Below are positions 12,470-25,425 of a DNA stretch of 64,000 nt, piece by piece. Numbering within the stretch: position 1 is the first letter of the stretch; each line of letters opens with the position of its first letter. Location: NCBI GenBank assembly GCA_002269645.1, contig NIVC01003037.1, positions 59,708 to 123,707 of the forward strand, read 5' to 3'. The stretch comes from Macrostomum lignano (Eukaryota). The position numbers were made by a program, and so were the translations under genes. The notes beneath the pieces are model-generated. The model was not told the DNA's origin. It worked only from the letters and a program-made list of their open reading frames with translations, and ran no database searches.

Positions 12470-13030
12470 GATCCCAGTGATCCCAGAAATCAAATATTTA
12501 TGATTGCAATATTGGGATCTAGGATTTATGATTGCAATATTGGGATCTGGGATTTATCATTGCAGAATTGAGATCTGGGATTTATGATTGCAATATTGGA
12601 ATCTGGGATTTGTGATTGCAATATTGAGATCTGGGATTTATGATTGCAGTATTGAAATTTGGGATTTATGATTGCAATATTGGGATTTGGGATTTTTGAT
12701 TGAAATATTGGGATTTGGGGTTTATGATTGCAATATTTGCATCTGGGATTTATGATTGCAATATTGGGATCTGGGATTTATGATTGCAATATTGAAATTT
12801 GGGATTTATGATTGCAATATTGGGATTTGGGATTTTTGATTGAAATATTGGGATTTGGGGTTTATGATTGCAATATTTGCATCTGGGATTTATGATTGCA
12901 ATATTGGGATCTGGGATTTATGATTGCAATATTGGGATCTGGGATTTATGATTGCAATATTGGGATCTGTGATTTATGATTGCAATATTGGGATCTGGGA
13001 TTTATGATTGCAATATTGGGATCTGGGATC
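12470..13030. repeat. 28-bp minisatellite (TGGGATCTGGGATTTATGATTGCAATAT)n
   Basis: Direct tandem copies. Confidence 0.92.
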
Positions 13031-13603
13031 GGGGAGAATTTTAAATTTGTAGCACTTTTGTCTGCTCTATTTCGCCATTTATACTTGGCAATCTCTTTCA
13101 CCCTTGCTTCTTTAGGCTTTAAGGTATCGTATTTTTGTGTTGCTTTCTAAATTAGTGAACATATTTGGTTAAATAATGATGATTGATATTGAAGCAATTC
13201 AATATAAAAATTGGTACACACCATTATTTAATTGTGTTCTCGCATGTTATAAGCTTCATTTGCATTGTTTGCATTTTTTCTATTTGCATACTCCAACTAA
13301 CACAGCTAGTCTTCAACTGCAATGTATTTAGCATTGTGAATGCTTTTTTTCCTGCTTCCTACCTGTCTACAATTTTAGTAATTATAGCCTGTCTAGTATT
13401 AATAAGTATATCAATTAAACAATACGGTAATTATTGTTTTTGTAATGAAGCCATACAAAATTGCAATTGTTAGTATTTTTAGTAATAAATAAAAAGTGTC
13501 TTCTGCAACTTTGTGCCGATCAGCTTTGCACTTTTACCTTGTCAAATTGTTATTTTTTGGCTGGCTATTAATTTATTACCCTCACTTTAATAACAGTAGT
13601 AGT

Positions 13604-14285
13604 CAGACACCTCACTGCCTTAATCCTCAGATTGGTCCGACACCTCACTGCCTTAATCCTCAGATTGGTCAGACACCTCACTGCCTCAATCCTCAGATTG
13701 GTCAGACACCTCACTGCCTTAATCCTCAGATTGGTCAGACACCTCACTGCCTCAATCCTCAGATTGGTCAGACACCTCACTGCCTCAATCCTCAGATTGG
13801 TCAGACATCTCACTGCCTCAATCCTCAGATTGGTCAGACATCTCACTGCCCTAGCCCTCAGATTGGTCAGACATCTCACTGCCCCAATCCTCAGATTGGT
13901 CAGACATCTCACTGCCCCAATCCTCAGATTGGTCAGACATCTCACTGCCTCAATCCTCAGATTGGTCAGACATCTCACTGCCCTAACCCTCAGATTGGTC
14001 AGACACCTCACTGCCCCAATCCTCAGATTGGTCAGACACCTCACTGTTTCAATCCTCAGATTGGTCAGACATCTCACTGTTTCAATCCTCAGATTGGTCA
14101 GACATCTCACTGCCTCAATCCTCAGATTGGTCAGACATCTCACTGCCTCAATCCTCAGATTGGTCAGACATCTCACTGCCTTAATCCTCATTGGTCAGAC
14201 ATCTCACTGCCTCAATCCTCAGATTGGTCAGACATCTCACTGCCTTAATCCTCATTGGTCAGACACCTCACTGTTTCAATCCTCA
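13604..14285. repeat. 33-bp minisatellite (CCTCAGATTGGTCAGACACCTCACTGCCTCAAT)n
   Basis: Direct tandem copies. Explains the 11-aa periodic ORFs. Confidence 0.93.
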
Positions 14286-14470
14286 GTTCAGGCACTGCTT
14301 CTATAAATGTATCATGATGACAGATTTCCAAATGTGATTATTTTCATGCTGGATGTAACCACTGCTCAATAAGAAATGCAACAAAGAATTGAGATCTCCG
14401 AGAGTTGTTGACAGTGGCAGAAAAAGAATAGATTTGTTGAATTTACTTGGACATCCCGACTGTTTACGCA

Positions 14471-14515
14471 ATGCCAGCCGACAAATCCACACTGGTTGGC
14501 GATCAAAATTTAATG
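14471..14515 (+). CDS. KIF19: Kinesin-8 KIF19-like, exon 1
   Basis: MPADKSTLVGDQNLM|GTTAGT joins VCVRIRP, paralleling KIF19 DQQLMVALRVRP. Confidence 0.75.
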
Positions 14516-14675
14516 GTTAGTTTCTCCATGCTTCGCAAAATTGTAAATCAAATCGATTCCAAATACAGTCACATAAATTTGGGACTATGTAATATAGGTT
14601 TGGCTCGACAATTAACGGCCTTAAGGCCAACCCCCATTAATTTAACTAAAATCAATTAGCTAAAATCCAATTCAG

Positions 14676-14867
14676 GTTTGCGTCCGTATTCGACCAATCA
14701 GCGAGGAGGAAATACTCAACGGATCCAACGTTATCGCGCACACCGTTGACGACCGCGTTGTGGTGCTGCTGGATCCAAGCGAAGATCCCGACGATATATT
14801 GCGGGCCAATCGCAGCAGAGAGAGGCAGTTCGTGTTCGACCGGGCGTTTGACTGCAATTCTACTCAG
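14676..14867 (+). CDS. KIF19: KIF19-like exon 2
   Basis: VCVRIRPISEEE...LLDPSEDPDDILRANRSRERQFVFDRAFD with AG/GT boundaries. Confidence 0.93.
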
Positions 14868-14879
14868 GTAGGGTGTGGG

Positions 14880-15790
14880 GATAATCCCCTAGGATCCCAT
14901 ATTAGATCATCCATCAGATCCTTTATCAGATAACTCCCTCAGATCCTATATCAGATAATCCCCTCAGATCCTATATCAGATAATCCCCTCAGATACCATA
15001 TCAGATAATCACCCCAGATCCGATATTAGATAATCACCCCAGATCCCATATCAGATAATCCCCTCAGATCCCATATCAGATAATCCCCTCAGATACCATA
15101 TCAGATAATCACCCCAGATCCGATATCAGATAATCCCCTCATACTATATCAGATATTCCCTCCAGATCCCATATCAGATAATCACCCCAGATCCCATATC
15201 AGATAATCCCTCCAGATCCCATATCAGATAATCCCCTCAGATCCCATATCAGATAATCCCCTCAGATCCCATATCAGATAATCACCCCAGATCCCATATC
15301 AGATAATCACCCCAGATCCCATATCAGATAATCACCCCAGATCCCATATCAGATAATCCCCTCAGATACCATATCAGATAATCCCCTCAGATACCATATC
15401 AGATAATCCCTCCAGATCCCATATCAGATAATCACCCCAGATCCCATATCAGATAATCCCTCCAGATCCCATATCAGATAATCCCCTCAGATACCATATC
15501 AGATAATCCCTCCAGATCCCATATCAGATAATCCCCCAGATCCGATATCAGATAATCCCCTCAGATCCCAAATCAGATAACCACCCCAGATCCCATATCA
15601 GATAATCCCCTCAGATCCCATATCAGATAATCACCCCAGATCCGATATCAGATAATCCCCTCAGATACCATATCAGATAATCCCCTCAGATACCATATCA
15701 GATAATCCCTCCAGATCCCATATCAGATAATCACCCCAGATCCCATATCAGATAATCCCCTCAGATCCTATATCAGATATTCCCCAGATC
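14880..15790. repeat. 25-bp minisatellite (CAGATCCCATATCAGATAATCCCCT)n, KIF19 intron 2
   Basis: Direct tandem copies. Confidence 0.93.
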
Positions 15791-15898
15791 TCAGACAGAG
15801 ATGGATAGATTCGATAGACAGTCAAAAATAGATTATCCTAAATCTATTAAATCCCTAAAGTAAAGTGACCAAACCACACCTTATTTACCCATTGGCAG

Positions 15899-15986
15899 GA
15901 GGAAGTGTACGAATCGACTACCAAATTTCTAATTGACACAGTTACTAATGGTTACAATGCAACCGTGTTTGCGTACGGAGCGACAG
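15899..15986 (+). CDS. KIF19: KIF19-like exon 3
   Basis: EEVYESTTKFLIDTVTNGYNATVFAYGATG, first half of the P-loop. Confidence 0.93.
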
Positions 15987-16449
15987 GTAATATGCCTTTA
16001 TACAGTATACGCTATTGTCTAATCCCGACTCCTCACGTTGGCAACAGTAAAAGTACAATAAGCTTCCAACTAAGCGAGTATATACCCAGAAGAATGGTAG
16101 AGACGCATGCGTTGTAGTTCTGCAGCCAATGCGCTGATTGATTTGTGTAAGAGTAGAGAGAATGCAGTGTAGCATGATGGATGCAGGATAGGTTAAGGAC
16201 GGAGCCAGGGCTATAGAGAGATAGCGATGAAGTGAATCCGTGATGCTGAGAGATCCTCATCCTGTATGGAGTGGAGAGAGTTGAGGAGAGCTTAGGGCAA
16301 TTTAGGCCTTAGTTTGTCCCGAGAAAATAAAGTACATTTTTTACTCCCTATTCTTACCTAATGTCTAAATATTTCATGATCGTAATACTACCATCTTACC
16401 GTATCCTTTTCGGATGTTTGATAGTATAGCTTTAAATCAATTAGAATCT

Positions 16450-17650
16450 ATTCTCTATTATCTCATCTATTCTCTAATATCCATTAGTATCTCATCTATT
16501 ATCCAATCTCCATTAGTATCTCATCTATTCTCCAATCTCCATTAGTATCTCATCTATTCTCCTATCTCTATTAGTATCTCATCTATTCTCCATTAGTATC
16601 TCATCTATTCTCCAATCTCCATTAGTATCTCATCTATTCTCCAATAGTATCTCATCTATTCTCCAATCTCCATTAGTATCTCATCTATTCTCCAATCTCC
16701 ATTAGTATCTCATCTATTATCCAATCTCCCATTAGTATCTCATCTATTCTCCAATCTCCATTAGTATCTCATCTATTCTCCAATCTCCATTAGTATCTCA
16801 TCTATTCTCCAATCTCCATTAGTATCTCATCTATTCTCCAATCTCCATTAGTATCTCATCTATTCTCCAATCTCCATTAGTATCTCATCTATTCTCCAAT
16901 CTCCATTAGTATCTCATCTATTCTCCAATAGTATCTCATCTATTCTCCAATCTCCATTAGTATCTCATCTATTCTCCAATCTCCATTAGTATCTCATCTA
17001 TTATCCAATCTCCCATTAGTATCTCATCTATTCTCCAATCTCCATTAGTATCTCATCTATTCTCCAATCTCCATTAGTATCTCATCTATTCTCCAATCTC
17101 CATTAGTATCTCATCTATTCTCCAATCTCCATTAGTATCTCATCTATTCTCCAATCTCCATTAGTATCTCATCTATTCTCCAATCTCCATTAGTATCTCA
17201 TCTATTCTCCAATCTCCATTAGTATCTCATCTATTCTCCAATCTCCATTAGTATCTCATCTATTATCCAATCTCCATTAGTATCTCATCTATTCTCCAAT
17301 CTCCATTAGTATCTCATCTATTCTCCAATCTCCATTAGTATCTCATCTATTCTCCAATCTCCATTAGTATCTCATCTATTCTCCAGTATTTCATCTATTC
17401 TCCATTAGTATCTCATCTATTCTCAAGTATCTCATTTTTTCTCCATTAGTATCTCATCTATTCTCCAATCTCCATTAGTATCTCATCTATTCTCCTATCT
17501 CTATTAGTATCTCATCTATTCTCCAATCTCCCATTAGTATCTCATCTATTCTCCATTAGTATCTCATCTATTCTCAAGTATTTCATCTATTCACCAGTAT
17601 CTCATTTTTTCTCTATTAGTATCTCATCTATTCTCCAGTATCTCATCTCA
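16450..17650. repeat. 29-bp minisatellite (ATTAGTATCTCATCTATTCTCCAATCTCC)n, KIF19 intron 3
   Basis: Direct tandem copies. Confidence 0.93.
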
Positions 17651-17669
17651 TCATATCACGAATTTGCAG

Positions 17670-17932
17670 GTGCCGGCAAGACTTACACAATGCTGGGCAC
17701 AGACCGGGAGCCAGGCATCATGTACCGCACACTGGAGGATCTGTTCAATCAAATGCAGAAAACCTCAGACGATAGTGTTTATAAGTTCAGCATGTCCTAT
17801 CTAGAGATCTATAATGAGCAATTAAGAGATTTGCTTAATCCCGCCTCGGGCGTGCTCGACATGCGAGAAGACACTCGTGGCGGAGTTCAGGTGGCAGGGC
17901 TCAGTGAGATTCAGGCTAATAACACCGGCGAG
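17670..17932 (+). CDS. KIF19: KIF19-like exon 4
   Basis: (G)AGKTYTMLGTDREPGIM...SMSYLEIYNEQLRDLLNP; completes the P-loop GATGAGKT. Confidence 0.95.
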
Positions 17933-17949
17933 GTGAGCTGTGTACTTTT

Positions 17950-18175
17950 GAGTGAAGTCGGTCAGAGCGTCGGACTTACAACTGAAAGGTCGGGGGTTCG
18001 ATTCTCGACCCACTCGGAACAATTTGTGTCCCCGAGCAAGACACTTAACTCTGCATTGCTTCAGTTCACCCAGCTGTAAAATGGGTGCCAGCATTAGCTG
18101 GGGTAATTGAGGCTGTGTGTGGCGACCCCCCCCCCCAGTCCTTGGACTGAACAGCCGTACGCAGCCTTCAGATGC
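17950..18175 (+). mobile_element. SINE family A copy, 3'-truncated, KIF19 intron 4
   Basis: B-box GGTTCGATTCTC and CORE-like GAGCAAGACACTTAAC...CAGTTCACCCAGCTGTAAAATGGG, shared with copies at 50650, 55450 and 58206. Confidence 0.82.
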
Positions 18176-18245
18176 TGTATAATAATCAACTTTATTTGTA
18201 ACAAACGTAAATGCAATTGATCAGTCTAAATGCCTACTTTTACAG

Positions 18246-18338
18246 GTTTTGCACCTGCTCACTCAGGGCAATCTCGCCAGAACTACAGAACCAACCGCTG
18301 CCAATGAAACTAGTTCAAGGTCGCATGCTGTGCTGCAG
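18246..18338 (+). CDS. KIF19: KIF19-like exon 5
   Basis: VLHLLTQGNLARTTEPTAANETSSRSHAVLQ (switch I SSRSH). Confidence 0.93.
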
Positions 18339-18379
18339 GTAATTTTGTGGAAACTTCATGTTTTTACAGTTTCAGTAGG

Positions 18380-19106
18380 GAGCGAAAATATCAGGCAGAT
18401 TCAGTAGGGAGCGGAGATCAGCCAGATTCAGTAGGCAGCGGAGATCAGGCAGATTCAGTAGGGAGCGAAGATCAGGCAGATTCAGTAGGGAGCGAAGATC
18501 AGGCAGATTCAGTAGGGAGCGGAGATCAGGCGGATTCAGTAGGGAGCGGAGATCAGGCAGATTCAGTAGGGAGCGGAGATCAGGCAGATTCAGTAGGGAG
18601 CAGATATCAGACAGATTCAGTAGGCAGCGGAGATCAGCCAGATTCAGTAGGCAGCGGAGATCAGGCAGATTCAGTAGGGAGCGGAGATCAGGCAGATTCA
18701 GTAGGGAGCAGATATCAGACAGATTCAGTAGGCAGCGGAGATCAGACAGATTCAGTAGGCAGCGGAGATCAGCCAGATTCAGTAGGCAGCGGAGATCAGG
18801 CAGATTCAGTAGGGAGCGAAGATCAGGCAGATTCAGTAGGGAGCGGAGATCAGGCGGATTCAGTAGGGAGCGGAGATCAGGCAGATTCAGTAGGGAGCGG
18901 AGATCAGGCAGATTCAGTAGGGAGCGGAGATCAGGCAGATTCAGTAGGCAGCGGAGATCAGGCAGATTCAGTAGGGAGCGGAGATCAGGCAGATTCAGTA
19001 GGGAGCGGAGATCAGGCAGATTCAGTAGGGAGCGGAGATCAGGCAGATTCAGTAGGGAGCGGAGATCAGGCAGATTCAGTAGGGAGCGGAGATCAGGCAG
19101 ATTCTG
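18380..19106. repeat. 27-bp minisatellite (GGGAGCGGAGATCAGGCAGATTCAGTA)n, KIF19 intron 5
   Basis: Direct tandem copies. Confidence 0.93.
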
Positions 19107-19137
19107 TAGCAATTAGACCGGCAACTCAACTATACAG

Positions 19138-19729
19138 GTAACCGTGCTCAAGCGGTCCCGAGTTCGCGACGTGACAGAGGAGGTCCGCACTGGCAAGCTG
19201 TTCCTAATTGACCTGGCCGGCTCGGAGCGGGCCGCGCACACGCAGAATCGCGGCAAACGAATGCTAGAAGGTGCTCACATCAACCGGTCCCTGCTAGCCC
19301 TTGGCAACTGCATCAACGCCCTGGCCGACCGGACGGGTCACAGATACGTGAACTTTCGCGACAGCAAGCTGACCAGATTATTAAAAGAGGCCCTTGGCGG
19401 TAATTGCAAAACTGTAATGATTGCCAACATATCGCCTGCTAATTTGCATTTTGAAGACTCAAGAAACACTCTGGTGTACGCCGATCGGCCAAACAGATTC
19501 GTACAAAAGTACGCCGCAATGTCACCGATGTGAGTCATCATATCGCTCAATACACCGGAGTTATTAACGAATTAAGGCAGGAAATTTTCCGTCTACGCGG
19601 ACGATTGGAAGGCGGCGCAAGCACCGGTACGGCTTCTAAAGCTTTGTTTAGCGCTGCGAAACAGAGGCGCGTCTTCAATACCACTAAGGAGCAGATTCTA
19701 GCCGCTTTTCAAGAGGTTATGGAGCTGAG
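19138..19729 (+). CDS. KIF19: KIF19-like exon 6 (apparent 1-nt deletion near 19487)
   Basis: Contains LIDLAGSER (switch II) and FRDSKLTRLLKEALGGNCKTVMIA. Restoring one G gives YADRAKQIRTKVRRNVTDVSHHIAQY. Confidence 0.92.
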
Positions 19730-19959
19730 GTGAGTTCATCTGTGCTTTGCTTTATTACTGCTGCGTTAGAAGGGATGTCCGGCTTTATACGTTGAAATTA
19801 AATCAAAGTTTTTTAAGAACCGCCATGGACAGGTAGATTACGGCACCATTAAAGGGTAGGTAATGGCGCTATGCACAGGTAGACAAGAAGGCGCCATGAA
19901 CAGGTTTATAAAGGCGCCAAAAACAGGTTGATGAAAGCGCCAGAAACAGGTAGATATGA

Positions 19960-20820
19960 GTGCCATAATCAGGTAGATAGAGTGTCATTATTAGGTAGAT
20001 AGAGTGTCATTATTAGGTAGATAAGAGCACCACTAGCAGGTAGATAAGAGCACCACTAGCAGGTAGATAAGAGCGCCACTAGCAGGTAGATAAGAGCACC
20101 ACTAGCAGGTAGATAGAGCACCACTAGCAGGTAGATAAGAGCACCACTAGCAGGTAGATAAGAGCACCACTAGCAGGTAGATAAGAGCGCCACTAGCAGG
20201 TAGATAAGAGCACCACTAGCAGGTAGATAGAGCACCACTAGCAGGTAGATAAGAGCACCACTAGCAGGTAGATAAGAGCGCCACTAGCAGGTAGATAAGA
20301 GCACCACTAGCAGGTAGATAGAGCACCACTAGCAGGTAGATAAGAGCACCACTAGCAGGTAGATAAGAGCGCCACTAGCAGGTAGATAAGAGCACCACTA
20401 GCAGGTAGATAGAGCACCACTAGCAGGTAGATAAGAGCACCACTAGCAGGTAGATAAGAGCGCCACTAGCAGGTAGATAAGAGCACCACTAGCAGGTAGA
20501 TAGAGCACCACTAGCAGGTAGATAAGAGCACCACTAGCAGGTAGATAGAGCACCACTAGCAGGTAGATAAGAGCACCACTAGCAGGTAGATAAGAGCACC
20601 ACTAGCAGGTAGATAAGAGCACCACTAGCAGGTAGATAAGAGCACCACTAGCAGGTAGATAAGAGCGCCACTAGCAGGTAGATAAGACCACCACTAGCAG
20701 GTAGATAAGAGCGCCACTAGCAGGTAGATAAGAGCGCCATTATTAGGTAGATAAGAGCGTTATTATAAGGTAGATAAGAGCGCCATTAACGGGTAGCTTA
20801 GGGCGCCATCAACAGGTAGA
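19960..20820. repeat. 21/23-bp minisatellite (TAGATAAGAGCACCACTAGCAGG)n, KIF19 intron 6
   Basis: Direct tandem copies with degenerate edges. Confidence 0.92.
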
Positions 20821-21454
20821 TAAGGTAGTTAAGGTAAGGATTTTTACGAAGTTTAAAATAGCAGTTTTGTACGTATTACTAGAACAATGTTTTATTTACG
20901 AGCACTCGTATTTGACCTTCACGTATTTATCAATGCACGTGACCTCACCTGAGCAACGTATTATACCAAATAGACCAGCACTACTCGTGCCTGTACGACA
21001 GCCATGAGTCTGTCACTTTTCACATTGAAAATTAACGTAATCAACTAAGTAGCTGTTTTTTTATCAGATACCTCACGAATCTCGGATTTCTTTGTTGACT
21101 GATACTCGTAATTTCAGAAAGTGTATTTTTCAAGCATTTTCTATGCGTTACGTTACAGAATATTAATAAAATCCTCGTGCACTACTGCTGGGTGTAAGTA
21201 ATGTAAAACGCATTTTTAACCTTATTAATTTTAATCTACTTGCTATTTTCCAGCTATCTAACTGCGAAATACTTCGTAGCTTGTACATGTGTTAAAGAAT
21301 TCAAGCTAAAAGTTAGTTTTTCCTGTTTTCATTTTTAGTGTCCTTTTTTAACTTACTAACATTTGATGAACATTTTTTGCTTTTTATATTTGCTTTAACT
21401 GCTTTTTATTCCATTTTTTTCTTTTTTTAGTCTATTTCTATTCTCCTTTGCCCT

Positions 21455-21680
21455 TCTGTACACAGGTGACCCCCTGTCCATATATTTACACAGGTGACCC
21501 CCTGCTGTCCGTAGCTATACACGGGTCCCCTTGTCCCTATCTGTACACAGGTGACCCCTGTCCATATCTTTACACAGGTGACCCCCTTGCTGTCCCTATC
21601 TATACACAAGTGACCCCCCGCTGTCCCTATCTGTACACCCTCTGCCCCTCTCTGTACACAGGTGACCCCCTCTGTACGCA
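21455..21680. repeat. Degenerate ~30-bp repeat (TACACAGGTGACCCC core), KIF19 intron 6
   Basis: Imperfect tandem copies. Confidence 0.75.
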
Positions 21681-21877
21681 GGAGACCCCAACCCACACCA
21701 AGCCATATTCATCAGGACCAGGTGGTCCATTATTTTAGTTTTCCTATATGCTACTCGTACAAAGCAAAAACTAACTCTGTAATCCTGCAGTTACCTTTCA
21801 TTAGCAGTTTTTCACAGCTTATAATTATAAACAATGACAGGCCAGTTACACTCGCACTAACCAATCTCTGCCCGCAG

Positions 21878-22211
21878 GAAGGGCGTCATGTCCTTAGACA
21901 ACACTCTCGGCGACCTGGCTTTAGAAATCGGTCGGGCAAACTTGCTTATCTCTCAATACGAAATTGATCGTGTAATTAAGCTGCCCCGTTCAGAGTCGGC
22001 CACTTCAGATTCGCCGGGAACAGCGCCAGATACGGAAGCTGCCGCTGCTGCATCATCGGTGGTCGAAGAGCCAAGCGAAGTGGCGGCAGCTCGGGCCGAA
22101 CTGTCAGTACTGCAGGACGAACGATTGCGAAGCGAGAAAATGCGATTTCAAGCTGTGGTGGAGATGAAAGCGGCCAGAGATCGGGCTAGGCAGCTAGAGA
22201 ATAGCGTTCGG
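21878..22211 (+). CDS. KIF19: KIF19-like exon 7 (stalk)
   Basis: Phase-2 join. EEPSEVAAARAELSVL parallels KIF19 LEPPEVAAARESI. Confidence 0.88.
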
Positions 22212-22756
22212 GTAAATTTTTTGCTGTTTTTCTACTTTAAGTAGCGTAAACAGAAAATTAAGTGTATGAATTTTTATAATTTAAAAATGTCGCCTTCTAT
22301 ACTTATAGTAGAGTAAATAGGAAGATTTATCATAAACCATTATGTTTTTTAAAGCATCGACTTAGGATTAAATAAAAACTTCACTTTCCACTTGTAAAGA
22401 AAATAATAATAATCTACTTTTAATTGAATAAGTAAGACAGAAGAGTGGGCGCTAGGCACAAACGGGTATATTTATATCAATAAGCTAGGGAGGGGTAGGG
22501 TTGAGTGCAAGATAAGACGAGGAGGGGTAGAGTACGCGGTTGAGGAAAGAGGCAAGATTGAAGAGCCAATCAGAAGGCAGCGAGGGAGACAGATAAGAAT
22601 AATAAAATTGACCTGGACAGAAAGGGAGAGAAAACAGAGAGGAGTGCAGATGAACTTGAGAAATGACTGAATTGGTTGTTTTTTAAATAAACTATTATTA
22701 CTTACAGTAGCACATTTAGCGAATGTTTAGAAATTGTTTTTAAAACACTTCTACAG

Positions 22757-23098
22757 GCAAAGCTGACCAACGAAGAGGAGCGCGAGATTCTCAAACTGCT
22801 CAGCCAATTAAATGCGCTAGAAATGGAGAATGCCGAAGTTCAAGCCGAAGCGTTTCTCAAATCGATGGAGATACGCAAACGGGATTTGCTGCTATCCAGA
22901 TTCCGATCTCACAGGCAGCTGTGTCATGCTATTATTAGTAGGCAGAAGCGATTATTAGCTAGCATGGGCGCACGGCTGCCCAAGAGTTTGGCGCGGATGC
23001 ACGAACTGTACGATAGCGGGCCGGTCGATGAAGATGACGCCGTGTTTCAGCGCAGTATGGGAATCAGCCTCCCGGATCTGGACCAGCTGGAGAGCCAC
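22757..23098 (+). CDS. KIF19: KIF19-like exon 8 (coiled coil)
   Basis: EEEREILKLLSQLNALEMENAEVQ...HRQLCHAIISRQK parallels KIF19. GTTAGT donor. Confidence 0.88.
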
Positions 23099-23134
23099 GT
23101 TAGTAAATTAAAGCCATTTCAAAACCCGTCTTTA

Positions 23135-23750
23135 ACCCTACCACTAACACCCTGAACCTTACCATTAGCACCCTGAACCCTACCACTAACACCCTGAACC
23201 CTACCACTAACACCCTGAACCCTACGATTAGCAGCCTGAACCCTACGATTAGCAGCCTGAATCCTACGATTAGCACCCTGAACCCTAGCATTAACACCCT
23301 GAACATGCCATTAACACCCTGAACCCTACGATTAGCAGCCTGAATCCTACGATTAGCACCCTGAACCCTAGCATTAACACCCTGAACATACCATTAACAC
23401 CCTGAACCCTAGCATTAACACCCTGAACATACCATTAACACCCTGAACCCTACCGTTAACACCCTGAACCCTACCATTAACAGCCTGAACCCTACCATTA
23501 ACACCCTGAACCCTACCGTTAACACCCTGAACCCTACCATTAACAGCCTGAACCCAACCATTAACACCCTGAACCCTACCATTAACACCCTGAACCCTAC
23601 CACTAACACCCTGAACCCTACCATTAACACCCTGAACCCTACCACTAACACCCTGAACCTACTATTAACACCCTGAACCCTACCACTAACACCCTGAACC
23701 TACCGTTAACACCCTGAACCCATCCATTAACACCCTGAACCCTACCACTT
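23135..23750. repeat. 21-bp minisatellite (ACCCTGAACCCTACCATTAAC)n, KIF19 intron 8
   Basis: Direct tandem copies running into the acceptor. Confidence 0.92.
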
Positions 23751-23753
23751 CAG

Positions 23754-24393
23754 GCTCGCGTGCTTCACCAGCCTCAGCAGCAGCAGCACAGCACCATCGC
23801 AACGCCCCAGCAACCATTCGATCGATTGTTTCACCCTCGAACCGCCGCGGTTGCCGCCGCCGCCTCATCGTCACCGTCTTCTCAGCAGCCTGCCTTAGCA
23901 ACAACAGGCAAGCCGCATCATCTGCCGCAGCTCACAGCCTCCAGCCTAGCCTGGCACAACAGCGGCCAGATGTTAGCTGGCTATCTGTCCGAGGACGATC
24001 TGCTGTCCGACAGGCGATCGATTTGGACTGACAATACCTGGCTGTCGAAGAATAATAATAACAACAATAGATCCCGTCTGAAGCATCCGGGCTATCAACA
24101 GCAGCAGCAGCAGCGCAGAAGGAAGAAGCATCGCAGTTTGGAACCGGCCAGGGTAGACTTGGGTCTGGGGTTACAGCAGCAGCAGCAGCAACAGCAAATT
24201 CAATCTTCAACTCGCAATAAAAGTCTAATGATCAAAGAGGAACCCGCTGTGCCTGCGGCACCAGCCAGCCAGCGTAAGAAACGATTGGTTGGCGTCAATT
24301 CGACCAAGGCTAAGCCTGCAGCCGCCAAAGGCGTTCGAGTTCAACAGCATCGAGGGCCTAGAAATACTAATGGCGTCAGTGCAACTGGGCCGG
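23754..24393 (+). CDS. KIF19: KIF19-like exon 9 (low-complexity tail; 3' boundary uncertain)
   Basis: CTTCAG acceptor in phase 0 and an open Q/N/S-rich frame. Donor is either 24394 (GTTCGT) or 24375 (GTCAGT). Confidence 0.7.
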
Positions 24394-24429
24394 GTTCGTT
24401 TTTTGAAGCCATTTTGAAACAGTCTAACA

Positions 24430-25425
24430 CCGCTATCACCCCAGTTTACTATCACCCCGGTTTATAGTGCCACTATCACCCCAGTTTATAGCGCGACTAT
24501 CACCCCAGTCTATTGGCTGAATATAGTGCCACTATCACCCCAGTTAATAGTGCCGCTATCACCCCAGTTTATAGTGCCGCTATCACCCCAGTTAATAGTG
24601 CCGCTATCACCCCAGTTTATAGTGCCACTATCACCCCAGTTAATAGTGCCGCTATCACCCCAGTTTATAGTGCCGCTATCACCCCAGTTTATAGTGCCAC
24701 TATCACCCCAGTTAATAGTGCCGCTATCACCCCAGTTTATAGTGCCGCTATCACCCCAGTTTTTAGTGCCACTATCACCCCAGTTTATAGTGCCGCTATC
24801 ACCCCAGTTTATAGTGCCACTATCACCCCAGTTTATAGTTCCACTATCACCCCAGTTTATAGTGCCGCTATCACCCCAGTTTATAGTGCCGCTATCACCC
24901 CAGTTAATAGTGCCGCTATCACCCCAGTTTATAGTGCCGCTATCACCCCAGTTTATAGTGCCACTATCACCCCAGTTTATAGTGCCACTATCACCCCAGT
25001 TTATAGTGCCGCTATCACCCCAGTTTATAGTGCCACTATCACCCCAGTTAATAGTGCCGCTATCACCCCAGTTTATAGTGCCGCTATCACCCCAGTTTAT
25101 AGTGCCACTATCACCCCAGTTTATAGTGCCGCTATCACCCCAGTTAATAGTGCCGCTATCACCCCAGTTTATAGTGCCGCTATCACCCCAGTTTATAGTG
25201 CCACTATCACCCCAGTTAATAGTGCCGCTATCACCCCAGTTTATAGTGCCACTATCACCCCAGTTTATAGTGCCGCTATCACCCCAGTTTATAGTGCCAC
25301 TATCACCCCAGTTTATAGTGCCACTATCACCCCAGTTTATAGTGCCGCTATCACCCCAGTTTATAGTGCCGCTATCACCCCAGTTTATAGTGCCGCTATC
25401 ACCCCAGTTTATAGTGCCCCTATCG
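24430..25425. repeat. 24-bp minisatellite (GTGCCGCTATCACCCCAGTTTATA)n, KIF19 intron 9
   Basis: Direct tandem copies. Explains the 8-aa periodic ORFs. Confidence 0.93.

Noticed and set aside
19480-19533. Programmed ribosomal frameshift in KIF19
   Set aside because: No slippery heptamer. A homopolymer deletion, also seen in the mariner, is more parsimonious.
23135-23750. Telomere-like repeat (AACCCT-containing); also TTAGGG within 61040-61870
   Set aside because: The hexamers are embedded in longer 14-21 bp units and are not contiguous telomeric tracts.
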